NCBI GenBank assembly: GCA_047608145.1 | Contig: JASGDC010000033.1 | Location: forward strand, 3,979-67,978 | DNA: 64,000 nucleotides | Source: Micrococcaceae bacterium | GTDB taxonomy: Bacteria; Actinomycetota; Actinomycetes; Actinomycetales; Micrococcaceae | Direction: 5' to 3' | The notes under the pieces: model-generated | What the model was told of the DNA's origin: nothing | Database searches by the model: none | What the model saw: the letters and a program-made list of their open reading frames with translations, nothing else | Shown here: positions 39,376 through 48,023 of the stretch, one piece after another | How positions within the stretch are numbered: the stretch's first letter is position 1 | Layout: each line of letters starts with the position of its first letter | Translations under genes and position numbers: made by a program

Positions 39376-39476
39376 AGCACTAACACCTTAAAGCACAAAG
39401 ATAACATATTAGTTGCATTGTTGTTTAAAAATTTATAGAAAACATAAAATAAAGCTACTCTCTGCTACAGTCAAAA

Positions 39477-39986
39477 ATGAATTATCTAGAAAATCCAATG
39501 TTAGAAAAAAATCACATCCGGCTAGAACCACTCAGTAACAAACGCCACGACGACTTAGTACTGGCCGTGCAAAAAGATGAACTTTGGGAAACTTGGTATA
39601 CCGCAATTCCTAAGCCAGAATACATGCTGACTGAGATTAAGCAACATATTAAATTACATAGTGAAAATAAAAGTGTACCTTGGGCAGTGATAGATACTAA
39701 TTCAGGAAAAGCAACACACAGCACTAAAACTAATCCAGCTGCAAAGCTATTACTTTTAACTAGAGCTTTTGAAGATTTAAACTGTATAGCAGTCGAGTTC
39801 CGTACCCACTGGCTTAACCAACAATCTTGTGCGGCTATTGAAAAACTCGGTGCAAAACAAGATGGCATTTTGCGTAATCATCGAATAGTTGAAAATGGAA
39901 CGCTTAGATATACTGTAGTTTATTCAATAATTGAAAGTGAATGGCCTACAGTAAAGTTTAGATTACAAGAACGCCTTAAAAGCTAG
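39477..39986 (+). CDS. GNAT N-acetyltransferase (RimJ/RimL-like) with an apparent internal deletion
   Basis: 169 aa. IRLEPL N-terminus and KLLLLTRAFEDLNCIAVEFRTHWLNQQSCAAIEKLGAKQDGILRNH are typical. The roughly 25-30 residues normally between ...IDxxSGK and ...TGxNTxxKLLLL are missing (junction about 39711-39722). Confidence 0.6.
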   Translation: MNYLENPMLEKNHIRLEPLSNKRHDDLVLAVQKDELWETWYTAIPKPEYMLTEIKQHIKLHSENKSVPWAVIDTNSGKATHSTKTNPAAKLLLLTRAFEDLNCIAVEFRTHWLNQQSCAAIEKLGAKQDGILRNHRIVENGTLRYTVVYSIIESEWPTVKFRLQERLKS

Positions 39987-39998
39987 CATAAAACAAAA

Positions 39999-40044
39999 AC
40001 TCTAGAACCCTTATTCCTTGCTAGGAAGAACCAGATTCTAGAGT
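39999..40044 (-). terminator. Terminator after the tRNA-Asp/tRNA-Phe unit
   Basis: 9-bp stem ACTCTAGAA/TTCTAGAGT with an inner TTCCT/AGGAA hairpin. On the minus strand it is followed by TTTTGTTTT. Confidence 0.55.
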
Positions 40045-40055
40045 CTGTAAAAGTG

Positions 40056-40131
40056 TGGTGGTCTGGACGGGCGTCGATCCCGTGACCTCTCGATTTTCAG
40101 TCGAACGCTCTACCAACTGAGCTACCAGACC
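40056..40131 (-). tRNA. tRNA-Phe (anticodon GAA)
   Basis: Minus strand reads GGTCTGGTAGCTCAGTTGGTAGAGC...CTGAAAA loop...GGATCGACGCCCGTCCAGACCACCA. CCA is encoded. Confidence 0.95.
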
Positions 40132-40208
40132 ACTTGAATAAAAGTATTTTATTCAAGAACAGGCGATCTGAGAAATTCAAACCGCCCTCTACTCAGAATA
40201 ACTGAGAG

Positions 40209-40282
40209 CGACCCTGACGGGACTCGAACCCGCGACCTCCGCCGTGACAGGGCGGCGCGCTAACCAACTGCGCTACAGGGCC
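40209..40282 (-). tRNA. tRNA-Asp (anticodon GUC)
   Basis: Minus strand reads GGCCCTGTAGCGCAGTTGGTTAGCGC, anticodon arm CCGCC-CTGTCAC-GGCGG, and T arm GCGGGTTCGAGTCCCGT. Confidence 0.95.
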
Positions 40283-40560
40283 ACATCGTAATTACGACTT
40301 GATTAGTTTAACACACTTTTTTTGTAAAAGCATAATTAAGAAAAATATAGTTTGAATACCTTGAAAAACCCTATATAAAAACAAGGGAATAACTCCTGTA
40401 GTTTTTACTGATTTTGACTAAATTTATATGGAATTTTGGTAAAAAGTTCGGCATTAAGAAAACTACATTAGTTATTGCCGTGTGTTTGAGCACACGTTTT
40501 TCACTGAAACGTACCGCGATACGTAAGACTTAGCTTACATTACAGAAAATAAAGGGGAAC

Positions 40561-40589
40561 AAAAAAGCTCCTGCCATTAGCAAGAGCTT
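40561..40589 (-). terminator. Weak intrinsic terminator after tRNA-Glu
   Basis: Minus strand reads AAGCTC-13 nt-GAGCTT followed by TTTT. The stem is 6 bp. Confidence 0.4.
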
Positions 40590-40595
40590 CATTTG

Positions 40596-40668
40596 TGACC
40601 CCAACGGGATTTGAACCCGTGTTACCGCCGTGAAAGGGCGATGTCCTAGGCCACTAGACGATGGGGCC
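40596..40668 (-). tRNA. tRNA-Glu (anticodon UUC)
   Basis: Minus strand reads GGCCCCATCGTCTAGTGGCCTAGGAC, anticodon loop CTTTCAC, and T arm CACGGGTTCAAATCCCGT. Confidence 0.95.
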
Positions 40669-40861
40669 GTTGTTGCATTTAACAATTAACAACTTGTACA
40701 GTTTAACACATAGAATTTTATATTTTCAAATCGTAGCTAAGTAAATTTCAAGTTATTTTTATCTAGATTTTAGTATTAAAAATACTATTATTCATAAAAG
40801 AATAAATCTGCTAAACTCTACTACAATAGAAAAATGTTTTTATCGGGAGTGTAAGGAATAA

Positions 40862-41455
40862 ATGATCCCCACTGTATCGTCCAATTACGAAGATACAATC
40901 AGGAACTTAGTAGTAGGTTCTGGTTTTTCTGGCCTTGCTATGGCCGCTGAACTTAACCGCAACCACATGGAAGTCACGCTAATTTCTGGTCCAATGCATC
41001 CGACTACGGCAAACCCATCAACTTCTACGTCTTCACTACCTTCATTAAGTACTAATCAGATTGATGGTTGGAAATCACGGGTTGAAATTATTAAACATTT
41101 AGAGACATATATTCGGGCGCATAAACTAGATTTCCGTAAGAATGTGCATGTTGAGAATATTACACCTGTTTCCGAACCTGAAACTTATAAAGGTGAATTA
41201 ATTCGTTGGATTGTCACCACAGACCAAGGGACTCTCTTCGCTCGAAATATTATTATGGCTGGTAAAAATGGCAGCTTTTCGCGATTTAACCGCTATGACA
41301 CCATCCAACACGAAAATTCCCCTGAAGGCTTCTATGTAGTGGGGCGTGCTTTAGGCTATGGTAAAGCTGCAATAAAAGAAATCTTGGCACAAGTTCGTCG
41401 AGTAATCCGACTAATTAAAGATCAAGATCTTCAAGATACTGCACGCCTTCAATAA
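40862..41455 (+). CDS. Short FAD/NAD(P)-binding-domain protein (hypothetical)
   Basis: 197 aa with dinucleotide-binding VVGSGFSGLAMA near the N-terminus and a Ser/Thr/Pro-rich insert. The 3' end overlaps the convergent gene by 41 nt. It could be a truncated flavoprotein. Confidence 0.4.
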   Translation: MIPTVSSNYEDTIRNLVVGSGFSGLAMAAELNRNHMEVTLISGPMHPTTANPSTSTSSLPSLSTNQIDGWKSRVEIIKHLETYIRAHKLDFRKNVHVENITPVSEPETYKGELIRWIVTTDQGTLFARNIIMAGKNGSFSRFNRYDTIQHENSPEGFYVVGRALGYGKAAIKEILAQVRRVIRLIKDQDLQDTARLQ

Positions 41456-42248
41456 ACTCTTTAGCTTTCCCAGTCCCCCACAATTGAGCTGGAATAGGGT
41501 CCGTGCGTAACATTCTTCCTAGACTAGGGCTTCCAATTTTGGCATCTGATGCTACTAGCACAATATTGCCATAACGTTTCCCTTTTAACATCGCAGAATC
41601 AGAAATTACTGACACGTTTGTGAAATTTGCTAATAATGCTGCAATCTCAGCTTTAACTGAACTATGTTTTGGGCCATCTCCACAGTTAATTAAATATAAA
41701 CCTCCAGGCCTTAGCACTCGTTTAACATGTGAAACAAATTCTATGGTAAGTAATTCTCTTGGAGTTACTGGACCAGCAAAAACATCACGGATAATTACAT
41801 CACGACTATTTTCACTAAGACTTTCAACCACTTCACGAGCTTCTCCAGCACGCAGTCGCATCTGAGGTGCGCTTGGTAAATCAAACCAACTACGTACAAA
41901 ATCAATAAGTTTAGTATCAAGTTCAACTACTACATGCCTAGCCGCAGGATATCGATAAGCCATATAACGAGGTAACGAGCAACCTCCACCACCTAGGTGC
42001 AAAAAGTTAATCTTTTGTTCAACTCTTGGATTAAATTGTGATTCAATAACTTTTGCCATGTAGCGCATATATTCAAAATCCAAATTAAATTTACTGGATA
42101 AATCGATGTGGGAACTTTGTACATCATTGATATAAAGCAACCAACCATTAGGTGTATAACGATCCCTGACTAATTCGGCGGTACCAGTATCAATCAAGAA
42201 TTTCCCAGCTTGTGGGGCTGCTATTCGTTGCTTTCTCTTTCTTACCAT
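41415..42248 (-). CDS. Spermidine-synthase-like SAM-dependent methyltransferase fold protein
   Basis: 277 aa with LHLGGGGCSLPRY (SAM/dcSAM Gly-rich loop), VVELD and RDVF motifs. Confidence 0.7.
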   Translation of the reverse strand: MVRKRKQRIAAPQAGKFLIDTGTAELVRDRYTPNGWLLYINDVQSSHIDLSSKFNLDFEYMRYMAKVIESQFNPRVEQKINFLHLGGGGCSLPRYMAYRYPAARHVVVELDTKLIDFVRSWFDLPSAPQMRLRAGEAREVVESLSENSRDVIIRDVFAGPVTPRELLTIEFVSHVKRVLRPGGLYLINCGDGPKHSSVKAEIAALLANFTNVSVISDSAMLKGKRYGNIVLVASDAKIGSPSLGRMLRTDPIPAQLWGTGKAKEFIEGVQYLEDLDL

Positions 42249-42348
42249 TTAACTATCTTGTCAGACACTTTAAAGAAAAATGGTTAAGCAACCGAAAAAA
42301 TGGGATAATGAGTTACCAAAGACGTCTTTCATATAGGAGAGAAAATAA

Positions 42349-44442
42349 ATGAGTTTCGGTATTTACGTTGCAGCAGTTACCCCAACTGCAGGTCAATCAC
42401 TAATCAGTCTAGGTGTCATGGACACTTTAAACACCCATTACAATAAAGTCGGGTTTTTCCGCCCAATTACTAGGTCAGATGACATAGAAGACGATCCAAT
42501 GGTCCAGCTAACTCGTAATCAATATGATTTAGATAAAACTACTTCGCGTGCTGGTATGACTCGTGCTGAAGCTCGTGCTTTATTAGCTGATGGCAAAAAA
42601 GAAGACATCGATTCAAAAGCTGTAGAAATTATGTCTGAGCTTAGCAAAGAATGTGACATAGTAGTCGTCGAAGGTCTATCAAACAGCGAAGCAGGAGATT
42701 TCGAATTAAACCTTGAAATTGCTAAAAATCTTGGCACTCCAGTATTGATGGTTGTTGGTGCTGAGGATAATAAATCAGCTAAGGAAGTAGCTGAAGAAAT
42801 TGAAGTAGCACGTAAAGAAATTACTGAAGCTAAAGTTCAGATGTTTGCGATGATTGTAAACCGTGCTAATCCTGATTTACTTGAAGATATTGCTGGCAAA
42901 GCACCACTTGGCGAGAAAAAACTACCAGTTTATGTGCTTCCAGAACTTCCAGCAATTTCAAACCCAACTGTAGAAGCAGTTGCAAAAGAATTAGGCGCAG
43001 GAAGCGTCAGCGGTGATTTAAATCTTGACCGCGACATCAGCGAAGTTAAAGTTGCTGCAATGACCGTAGATAACTACCTTGATTTCTTAACTGAAGAATG
43101 TTTAGTCATTGTGCCAGGTGACCGTGGCGATATTATGGCTGCCACCCTTGCTGCTGCACAATCTACTGAGTTTCCTAGTCCATCAGGCATCTTGCTTTCT
43201 TACAACATGAAACCAAAAGGTAAAGTAAAAACTTTGATGGATAAAGCTCCATTCCCAATTATTTCAGCACCACAAGATACTTACCAGGCTGCACATCAAG
43301 TCGGGCAAGTATCCGGAAACTTCTTCAAAGGTCAAAATCGTAAGATTGCTGCTGCACTTGGCGCTTGGGGATCACATGTTGATACTAAAGAATTAGCATC
43401 TCGTGTTGATATTCCACGTCCAGAGACAAAGACTCCACTACGTTTCTTGCATGAACTAATTGAACGTGCTCGTTCACAACGTCGTCATATTGTCCTTCCA
43501 GAAGGTAACGATGTAAGAATTTTGGAAGCTGCAGAAATTATCAAGCGTCGTGATATTTGTGCCCTAACTATCCTCGGCGACGAAGAAGCGGTACAGCAAC
43601 TAGCTTCTTCAAAAGGTATAAATATTTCTGGTATTGATATTATTGATCCTACTAAATCAGACCTTCTTGAAGGTTTCACGAAGGAATATGCGGAACTACG
43701 TGCTCATAAAGGTATCACTGAGGATCAGGCGCATGAACGCATGATGGATGGTGCTTACTTCGGTACTATGATGGTTTACAAAGGCATGGTAGATGGTATG
43801 GTATCTGGCGCGGCTAATACTACAGCCCACACTATCCGTCCAGCACTTGAATTCGTTAAGACTGCACCAGGTGTGAAAGTAGTTTCTTCAGTATTCTTCA
43901 TGCTGTTAGAAGATCGTGTTTTGGTATACGGTGACTGTGCAGTAAACCCTAATCCTAACTCAGAACAACTTGCTGACATCGCTCAAGCTTCTGCAGAAAC
44001 AGCAGCAATGTTTGACGTAGATCCACGAGTAGCAATGCTTTCGTACTCTACTGGCACATCAGGTGCTGGTGAAGATGTGGAACGCGTACGTGTTGCTACT
44101 GAAATCGTTAAAGAAAAGCGCCCAGACTTGTTAATTGAAGGTCCGATTCAGTATGATGCTGCATCTGATGTGTCAATTGCAAAGTCTAAACTTCCAAATT
44201 CACAAGTTGCAGGTAAAGCTACAGTATTTATCTTCCCTGATTTAAACACTGGTAACAATACATACAAAGCTGTACAGCAATCAGCTGGTGCGGTAGCCGT
44301 AGGTCCGGTACTTCAGGGGCTAAAGAAGCCAGTAAACGACTTATCTCGTGGCTGTACTGTAGAAGACATCGTAAATACAGTAGCTATCACTGCTATCCAA
44401 GGTCAAGACACAAAAACTACCGCTAAAGAAAGTACTAAATAA
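42349..44442 (+). CDS. pta: Phosphate acetyltransferase (long form with N-terminal P-loop-like/DRTGG region)
   Basis: 697 aa. The C-terminal PTA_PTB domain carries SGAANTTAHTIRPAL and YGDCAVNPNP motifs. Confidence 0.95.
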   Translation: MSFGIYVAAVTPTAGQSLISLGVMDTLNTHYNKVGFFRPITRSDDIEDDPMVQLTRNQYDLDKTTSRAGMTRAEARALLADGKKEDIDSKAVEIMSELSKECDIVVVEGLSNSEAGDFELNLEIAKNLGTPVLMVVGAEDNKSAKEVAEEIEVARKEITEAKVQMFAMIVNRANPDLLEDIAGKAPLGEKKLPVYVLPELPAISNPTVEAVAKELGAGSVSGDLNLDRDISEVKVAAMTVDNYLDFLTEECLVIVPGDRGDIMAATLAAAQSTEFPSPSGILLSYNMKPKGKVKTLMDKAPFPIISAPQDTYQAAHQVGQVSGNFFKGQNRKIAAALGAWGSHVDTKELASRVDIPRPETKTPLRFLHELIERARSQRRHIVLPEGNDVRILEAAEIIKRRDICALTILGDEEAVQQLASSKGINISGIDIIDPTKSDLLEGFTKEYAELRAHKGITEDQAHERMMDGAYFGTMMVYKGMVDGMVSGAANTTAHTIRPALEFVKTAPGVKVVSSVFFMLLEDRVLVYGDCAVNPNPNSEQLADIAQASAETAAMFDVDPRVAMLSYSTGTSGAGEDVERVRVATEIVKEKRPDLLIEGPIQYDAASDVSIAKSKLPNSQVAGKATVFIFPDLNTGNNTYKAVQQSAGAVAVGPVLQGLKKPVNDLSRGCTVEDIVNTVAITAIQGQDTKTTAKESTK

Positions 44443-45626
44443 TGATAATGCTAGTTATTAACTCAGGGTCTTCTTCACTTAAGTACCAGGTTCGTGACAC
44501 CAGTAAGGACGCAAAAACTCCAGTAATTACTGAGGGGATTGCAGAACGTATTGGAATTGAGGGTGGCAGCTATACTCACGAAGACCACCTAGATGGCACC
44601 CAAAATGAAGTAACCGTAGATTTGCCAGACCATGCAGTAGCATTCGATTTAGTTTACAAAGAGATTGAAAAAACTCTTGGCGGTATCGAAATTGAAGGTG
44701 TGGGACACCGCGTAGTCCAAGGCGGTGAAATTTTCGACAAACCAGTATTACTTGATGAGAAAACTATTGACAAGATTGATTCACTTAGTCCACTAGCACC
44801 TTTGCATAACCCTGCGAATGTGCTTGGGATGCGTATCATTTCGAAAAAATTCCCTAAAATGCCACAAGTAGCAGTATTTGATACGGCTTTCCACACTACA
44901 CTACCTGATTATGCTTATCGTTATGCTTTGCCAAACGAAATGTATGAAAAACACGGTATCCGTCGCTTCGGTGCTCATGGTACTAGCCATGACTACGTTT
45001 CAAAGCAAGCCGCTAACCACTTGAAAGTCGATGACAAAGACTTTGATGGCGTAATCGCACACATCGGTAACGGTGCTTCACTAACTGCTATTAAAGGCGG
45101 TGAAAGTGTAGATACTTCAATGGGTTTCACGCCACTTGCTGGCCTAGTGATGGGTACCCGTACTGGTGATATCGATCCAAGCATTTTAGTATTCCTAGGC
45201 CGCAAAGGCTATACTCCTGATCAACTAGATGATTTACTAAACAAAAAGTCTGGCTATCTAGGTCTTAGCGGTGAATCTGATATGCGTTCACTCGTAGAAA
45301 AAATGGAAGCTGGCGACAAAGACGCCAAGCTAGCCTTTGAAATTGGCACCTACAATCTTGCGAAATTTATCGGCAGTTATCATGTAGCTGTTGGTGGTAT
45401 GAAAGCTCTAGTTTTCACTGCTGGCATTGGAGAAAACTCAGCGCCTTTCAGAGCAAGCACTGTAGAAAAACTAAGTGCTCTTGGTCTTAAGATCGATGAG
45501 AAGAAGAACGATGAGCACAGCAAAGAAATTCGTGATATTTCAACTGAAGACAGTGCTATTCCAGTTCTAATCATCCCAACGAACGAGGAACTAGCTATTG
45601 CTCAAGCTGTTGAAACAACTGTTTAG
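44442..45626 (+). CDS. ackA: Acetate kinase
   Basis: 394 aa with LVINSGSSSLKYQ, HRVVQGG and IPTNEELAIA motifs. The ATG overlaps the pta stop (TAATG). Confidence 0.95.
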   Translation: MIMLVINSGSSSLKYQVRDTSKDAKTPVITEGIAERIGIEGGSYTHEDHLDGTQNEVTVDLPDHAVAFDLVYKEIEKTLGGIEIEGVGHRVVQGGEIFDKPVLLDEKTIDKIDSLSPLAPLHNPANVLGMRIISKKFPKMPQVAVFDTAFHTTLPDYAYRYALPNEMYEKHGIRRFGAHGTSHDYVSKQAANHLKVDDKDFDGVIAHIGNGASLTAIKGGESVDTSMGFTPLAGLVMGTRTGDIDPSILVFLGRKGYTPDQLDDLLNKKSGYLGLSGESDMRSLVEKMEAGDKDAKLAFEIGTYNLAKFIGSYHVAVGGMKALVFTAGIGENSAPFRASTVEKLSALGLKIDEKKNDEHSKEIRDISTEDSAIPVLIIPTNEELAIAQAVETTV

Positions 45627-45641
45627 TACTTAAACTTAAAC

Positions 45642-45678
45642 AAAAATAGTGGCTACTTTAAAGTAGCCACTATTTTTT
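45642..45678. terminator. Bidirectional intrinsic terminator between ackA and the convergent GDPD gene
   Basis: Perfect palindrome AAAATAGTGGCTACTT-TA-AAGTAGCCACTATTTT with an A run on one side and a T run on the other. Confidence 0.7.
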
Positions 45679-45701
45679 ATACATGTTACAGACACAAATA
45701 G

Positions 45702-46583
45702 TTACTGCTCTAATAACTTTCGTATTTCAACTGGACGGTCAGTAATAATGTATTCAAAGTATTCAAGACCAATCTCAGTCAAACCCTGCAATTGTTCTTC
45801 AGTGTTTACCGTGAAACAACGGAATTTAATGCCTTCTTTAGCTAGTTTTTCCACATCTGTTTTATAGTCAACTGAAAAACGAGTGCCTATCCCAACGCAA
45901 CCTAACTGCTGCATAACCTGGAGCGCACCATCGATAAGTTTCTGCTTATTTTCTTCCGTACGTTCTACACCTGGTGGAAATTCTTCAAAGTCATAATTGT
46001 CGATTAACTGTACTGACTCAGTTTTAGGAAACTGTTTGTGTAGATATAGTACAGAATCTGACATAAAGCTCATAAACTCGACTCGTTCATCAAGTTCTCC
46101 GGCTGAGTTTACCATGCCTTTTTCGTTAAAAAGCTCTACCAAAGCTTTCTCTACAGCATAGTCATTAGGTTCAGCTGCATCTTTAGTCTCAATAATTATG
46201 CCGATTTTACGATCAGCATTGTAAGCAATCTCTATTAACTCTGCCAAGGTAATGATATGGGTAATATCTGAATTTGTAATACCAGTCTTTTTAGTAAATT
46301 CTGGATCAGCTTTACCTTGCAATGGCTCCTCATGCTTAGAGAAATCAAACTCTTTTAGTTCCGCTACTGTGTAATCTGAAATATTTCCAGTTAAACCTGT
46401 AACTCGTTTTAGCTCATTATCATGGACACAAACAAGCTGCTTGTCTTTAGTTAACCGCACATCACATTCTAGTGCATCAGCACCTTTTGCAATCCCAGCA
46501 AGATAAGCTGCTTTAGTTTGTTCCGGATATTCATAACTTGCACCACGATGAGCAATAATTTTTGGCGCTGATTTATCTAGCAT
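45702..46583 (-). CDS. Glycerophosphodiester phosphodiesterase
   Basis: 293 aa with IIAHRGAS, ECDVRLTKD and VCVHD motifs of the GDPD family. Confidence 0.85.
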   Translation of the reverse strand: MLDKSAPKIIAHRGASYEYPEQTKAAYLAGIAKGADALECDVRLTKDKQLVCVHDNELKRVTGLTGNISDYTVAELKEFDFSKHEEPLQGKADPEFTKKTGITNSDITHIITLAELIEIAYNADRKIGIIIETKDAAEPNDYAVEKALVELFNEKGMVNSAGELDERVEFMSFMSDSVLYLHKQFPKTESVQLIDNYDFEEFPPGVERTEENKQKLIDGALQVMQQLGCVGIGTRFSVDYKTDVEKLAKEGIKFRCFTVNTEEQLQGLTEIGLEYFEYIITDRPVEIRKLLEQ

Positions 46584-46703
46584 TTAACCACCTATTATTT
46601 AATATAAATTATCTACTAAAAATTTTAACAAAATCATAAATAATTAAGGCTTACCTAGTCATAATTCAGGAAAAAATCATTTTTTCAGTGCAAACTAGAA
46701 AAT

Positions 46704-48020
46704 ATGAGTGAAAAGTCAGCAGATAATTCAACAGCTATTAATGAAAAAACTGAAAAGCCAAAATCACCACCAGTAAATGAAGTTAGGCAATTAGAGCAAA
46801 AAGCAGCATTAAATAAAATGCGTAAAATTGCTGGCGCCTTATTAATCTTCATGGCTATAGTTTTTGTTATCTCATTTTCCTTACAAGAGAAATATACTTG
46901 GCTAGTCTATGTTCGTGCAGCTGCCGAAGGTGGCATGGTAGGTGGGCTTGCTGACTGGTTCGCAGTCACTGCTCTATTTAGATACCCAATGGGACTAAAA
47001 ATTCCACATACTGCAATTATCCCTAACAAGAAGGATGATATCGGCAAGAATTTAACTAACTTTGTCGAAGATAACTTCCTTTCAGAGGAAGTAGTACTAG
47101 GCTATCTAAAGAAGTTTTCAATTTCTGAAAAAGTCGGAGACTACGTAGCTACTCCGGAAAATGCAGAAAAACTTACTGACCAAATTGCTGATGGCGCACG
47201 TGGAATGATGAACGTCCTCAAAGATGATGAAGTGCAAGATATTCTAGCTGACTTGTTAAAACGTCATGTACTGGATCCTGAATGGGGGCCATATATTGGA
47301 AAACTTGGCACCAAAATTGTGGCAGATAGACACCACGATAAACTAGTCGATATCTTATTTGAACGTGCTTATGATTGGGCTTTGAATAACAAAGCAGTGG
47401 TTGAAAACGTAGTTGAAGATCGTAGCCCTACCTGGGTACCGGGGTTCGTAGATAACATTGTAGGAGAAAAAGTTCATAAAGAACTTGTGGCATTTATTAA
47501 AGCCGTGAGGGATGACCAGTTCCATGATGTTCGCATGGCAATTGATCGCTACTTGATTGACTTAACTCAGGATTTGCAGCACGATCCAGATACTATTCAT
47601 AAGGTCGAAAATCTTAAGAAAAACGTCATGAACGATGATCAACTACGTGATTTTGCTGGTGGTGGTTGGGATACTATCAAGAATGCTTTGCTTGCAGAAT
47701 TTGATGATAAGAAGGGTATGCTACGCCAAAAGATAACTAAAACCATTCTTGATTTGGGTCATAACATGCAAACAAATGCCGAATGGCAAAGCAAAATTGA
47801 TAATTGGGTGCGTTATGCAGCAGTTAGTATTATCAAGAATTACCGTCACGATATTGCTGGGGTAATTGAAACTACGGTAAAAGAATGGGATGCAGACGAT
47901 ACTAGCGAAAAGATCGAAATTGCTGTTGGTAAAGATCTACAGTTCATTAGGATTAACGGTACTGTAGTGGGTTCACTAGCTGGGCTAATAATTACCTTTA
48001 TTGCGTACCAAATACTATAG
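46704..48020 (+). CDS. DUF445-type membrane protein
   Basis: 438 aa. N-terminal TM, GGLADWFAVTALFRYPMGLKIPHTAIIPNKKDDIG signature, and a C-terminal TM. Confidence 0.7.
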   Translation: MSEKSADNSTAINEKTEKPKSPPVNEVRQLEQKAALNKMRKIAGALLIFMAIVFVISFSLQEKYTWLVYVRAAAEGGMVGGLADWFAVTALFRYPMGLKIPHTAIIPNKKDDIGKNLTNFVEDNFLSEEVVLGYLKKFSISEKVGDYVATPENAEKLTDQIADGARGMMNVLKDDEVQDILADLLKRHVLDPEWGPYIGKLGTKIVADRHHDKLVDILFERAYDWALNNKAVVENVVEDRSPTWVPGFVDNIVGEKVHKELVAFIKAVRDDQFHDVRMAIDRYLIDLTQDLQHDPDTIHKVENLKKNVMNDDQLRDFAGGGWDTIKNALLAEFDDKKGMLRQKITKTILDLGHNMQTNAEWQSKIDNWVRYAAVSIIKNYRHDIAGVIETTVKEWDADDTSEKIEIAVGKDLQFIRINGTVVGSLAGLIITFIAYQIL

Positions 48021-48023
48021 GAG

